A stretch of DNA of 64,000 nucleotides. It comes from an uncultured Pseudomonadota bacterium. GTDB taxonomy: Bacteria; Pseudomonadota; Gammaproteobacteria; Steroidobacterales; Steroidobacteraceae. Each line of letters begins with the position of its first letter. Within the stretch, counting starts at the first letter, position 1. The translations under genes and the position numbers were made by a program. The stretch lies in NCBI GenBank assembly GCA_963839685.1, contig CAWIVS010000002.1:358859-422858 (forward strand), given 5' to 3'. Positions 63,204 to 64,000 of the stretch are shown in pieces. The notes below the pieces were generated by a model. It worked only from the letters and a program-made list of their open reading frames with translations. It searched no databases and was not told where the DNA came from.

Positions 63204-63923
63204 CTACTGCAGCGCGCACATGCCAAAGTTGCCAGCCGGCACCTCAACCAAGTGGGCTTTTGGCTCCCCTGCCATATAAAGCTCGAGGCGCAATTCCACT
63301 CGCCTGGATTCCGCCGCGGTGAGTCTTGCATCGTTGAAAGAGTAGCCGCCCACGACAAATAGATCGCGTATCTCTGCGAGTTGTCTGTCGGAGAGCGGCG
63401 CTTCCCCATCAAGCGGAGGAGCGAACAGAGCGCATAGAACTGCCTGGCTTCGCTGCAGACTCAGGTTGAGGTTATACAGATAGCTGCCGGATTGATCCGC
63501 AAAGCCTTCCACGACAACTCGCTTGAGGATTGCCTACCTGCCTCATGTGAGCCACGATTAGCAGTTCTGGCACGAACTCTCGCAGCAGCTTGCTTGCTCC
63601 GAACGAAGCCGGTAGACATTCTTGTCGAATCTGGCGCGATCCTGGAAGTCGACGACCCGCCGGTTCTCGATCGACGCGAATTCCAGAAAATTTTGCCGTG
63701 GCTTTTTCGACCTGATCCAGGAATTCATCAATTGCGCGCTGATGGGCGATCTTCTCGGCTCCTGTTCAGTGACAGTCTTCGTAACTGCGAGCAACGCCAC
63801 GCTCATGACAACCAAGAACAGCACCATCAGTGCCGTCATCAAGTCAGCGTAGGAAATCCAGAACGGCTTTTCAGCTTCGTCCCGAGAACGCCCTCGGGCT
63901 TTCGTCAACGACAAGAACCCCAT
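63204..63923 (-). CDS. zorB: ZorB (MotB-like stator subunit with OmpA-type peptidoglycan-binding domain), two frame interruptions
   Basis: The N-terminus is RSRDEAEKPFWISYADLMTALMVLFLVVM (ORF 63558..63923). The C-terminus is VVVEGFADQSGSYLYNLNLSLQRSQAV ... AESRRVELRLE (ORF 63204..63512). Two slips lie between 63510 and 63590. Confidence 0.85.
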
Positions 63924-63926
63924 TGC

Positions 63927-64000
63927 TTATCTCGCGCGACGAGCAGCCTGCGGCAAAACGCCACCCAAGGCGCTTTCCAATTCGACGATCGCCTCGCGAA
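63927..64000 (-). CDS. 3' end of an upstream ORF (expected zorA), partial
   Basis: 24 codons (...REAIVELESALGGVLPQAARRAR*) end 3 nt before the zorB ATG. The identity cannot be shown from this fragment. It is inferred only from Zorya gene order. Confidence 0.3.
   Translation of the reverse strand, partial: REAIVELESALGGVLPQAARRAR

Noticed and set aside
63927-64000. Calling the terminal fragment zorA outright.
   Set aside because: Only 24 codons are visible and they carry no MotA/ExbB motif. The assignment is purely positional, so it is reported only at low confidence.

Overview
High-GC window (roughly two-thirds G+C by eye), proteobacterial in style. The last ~7 kb are clearly lower in GC.

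Left part: mmsA, cysQ, and a minus-strand glycogen/maltodextrin cluster (glgP-glgB-glgX-malQ) next to a polyphosphate glucokinase.

Middle part, housekeeping and accessory genes: an ArsR-SRPBCC-DUF1801 module, three paralogous helical lipoproteins, an amine oxidase, an EEP nuclease/phosphatase, an HtrA-like protease, a quinone oxidoreductase, a cytochrome b + molybdopterin oxidoreductase pair, DUF418, two YihY genes, ThuA, amidohydrolases, a GMC oxidoreductase with its small Tat subunit, PhoD, and a BNR-propeller protein.

These are interspersed with decayed or repeated elements:
- ORF6N genes and fragments.
- A broken DUF222-HNH gene with perfect palindromes.
- yaeQ 5' fragments.
- A three-copy ~250-bp repeat carrying a small Pro-rich ORF.
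- A PIN/NYN + HEPN + nucleotidyltransferase islet.

Right end (about 57.1 kb to the window edge): a low-GC island with a Zorya type I-like anti-phage locus. It contains zorB, zorC and a zorD with a C-terminal Mrr-like nuclease module. zorA is expected just beyond the window.

Many genes have interrupted reading frames and the interruptions are very unevenly distributed. Sequencing error and real pseudogenisation cannot be separated from the sequence alone.

All family assignments rest on motif recognition by eye. No database search was run.
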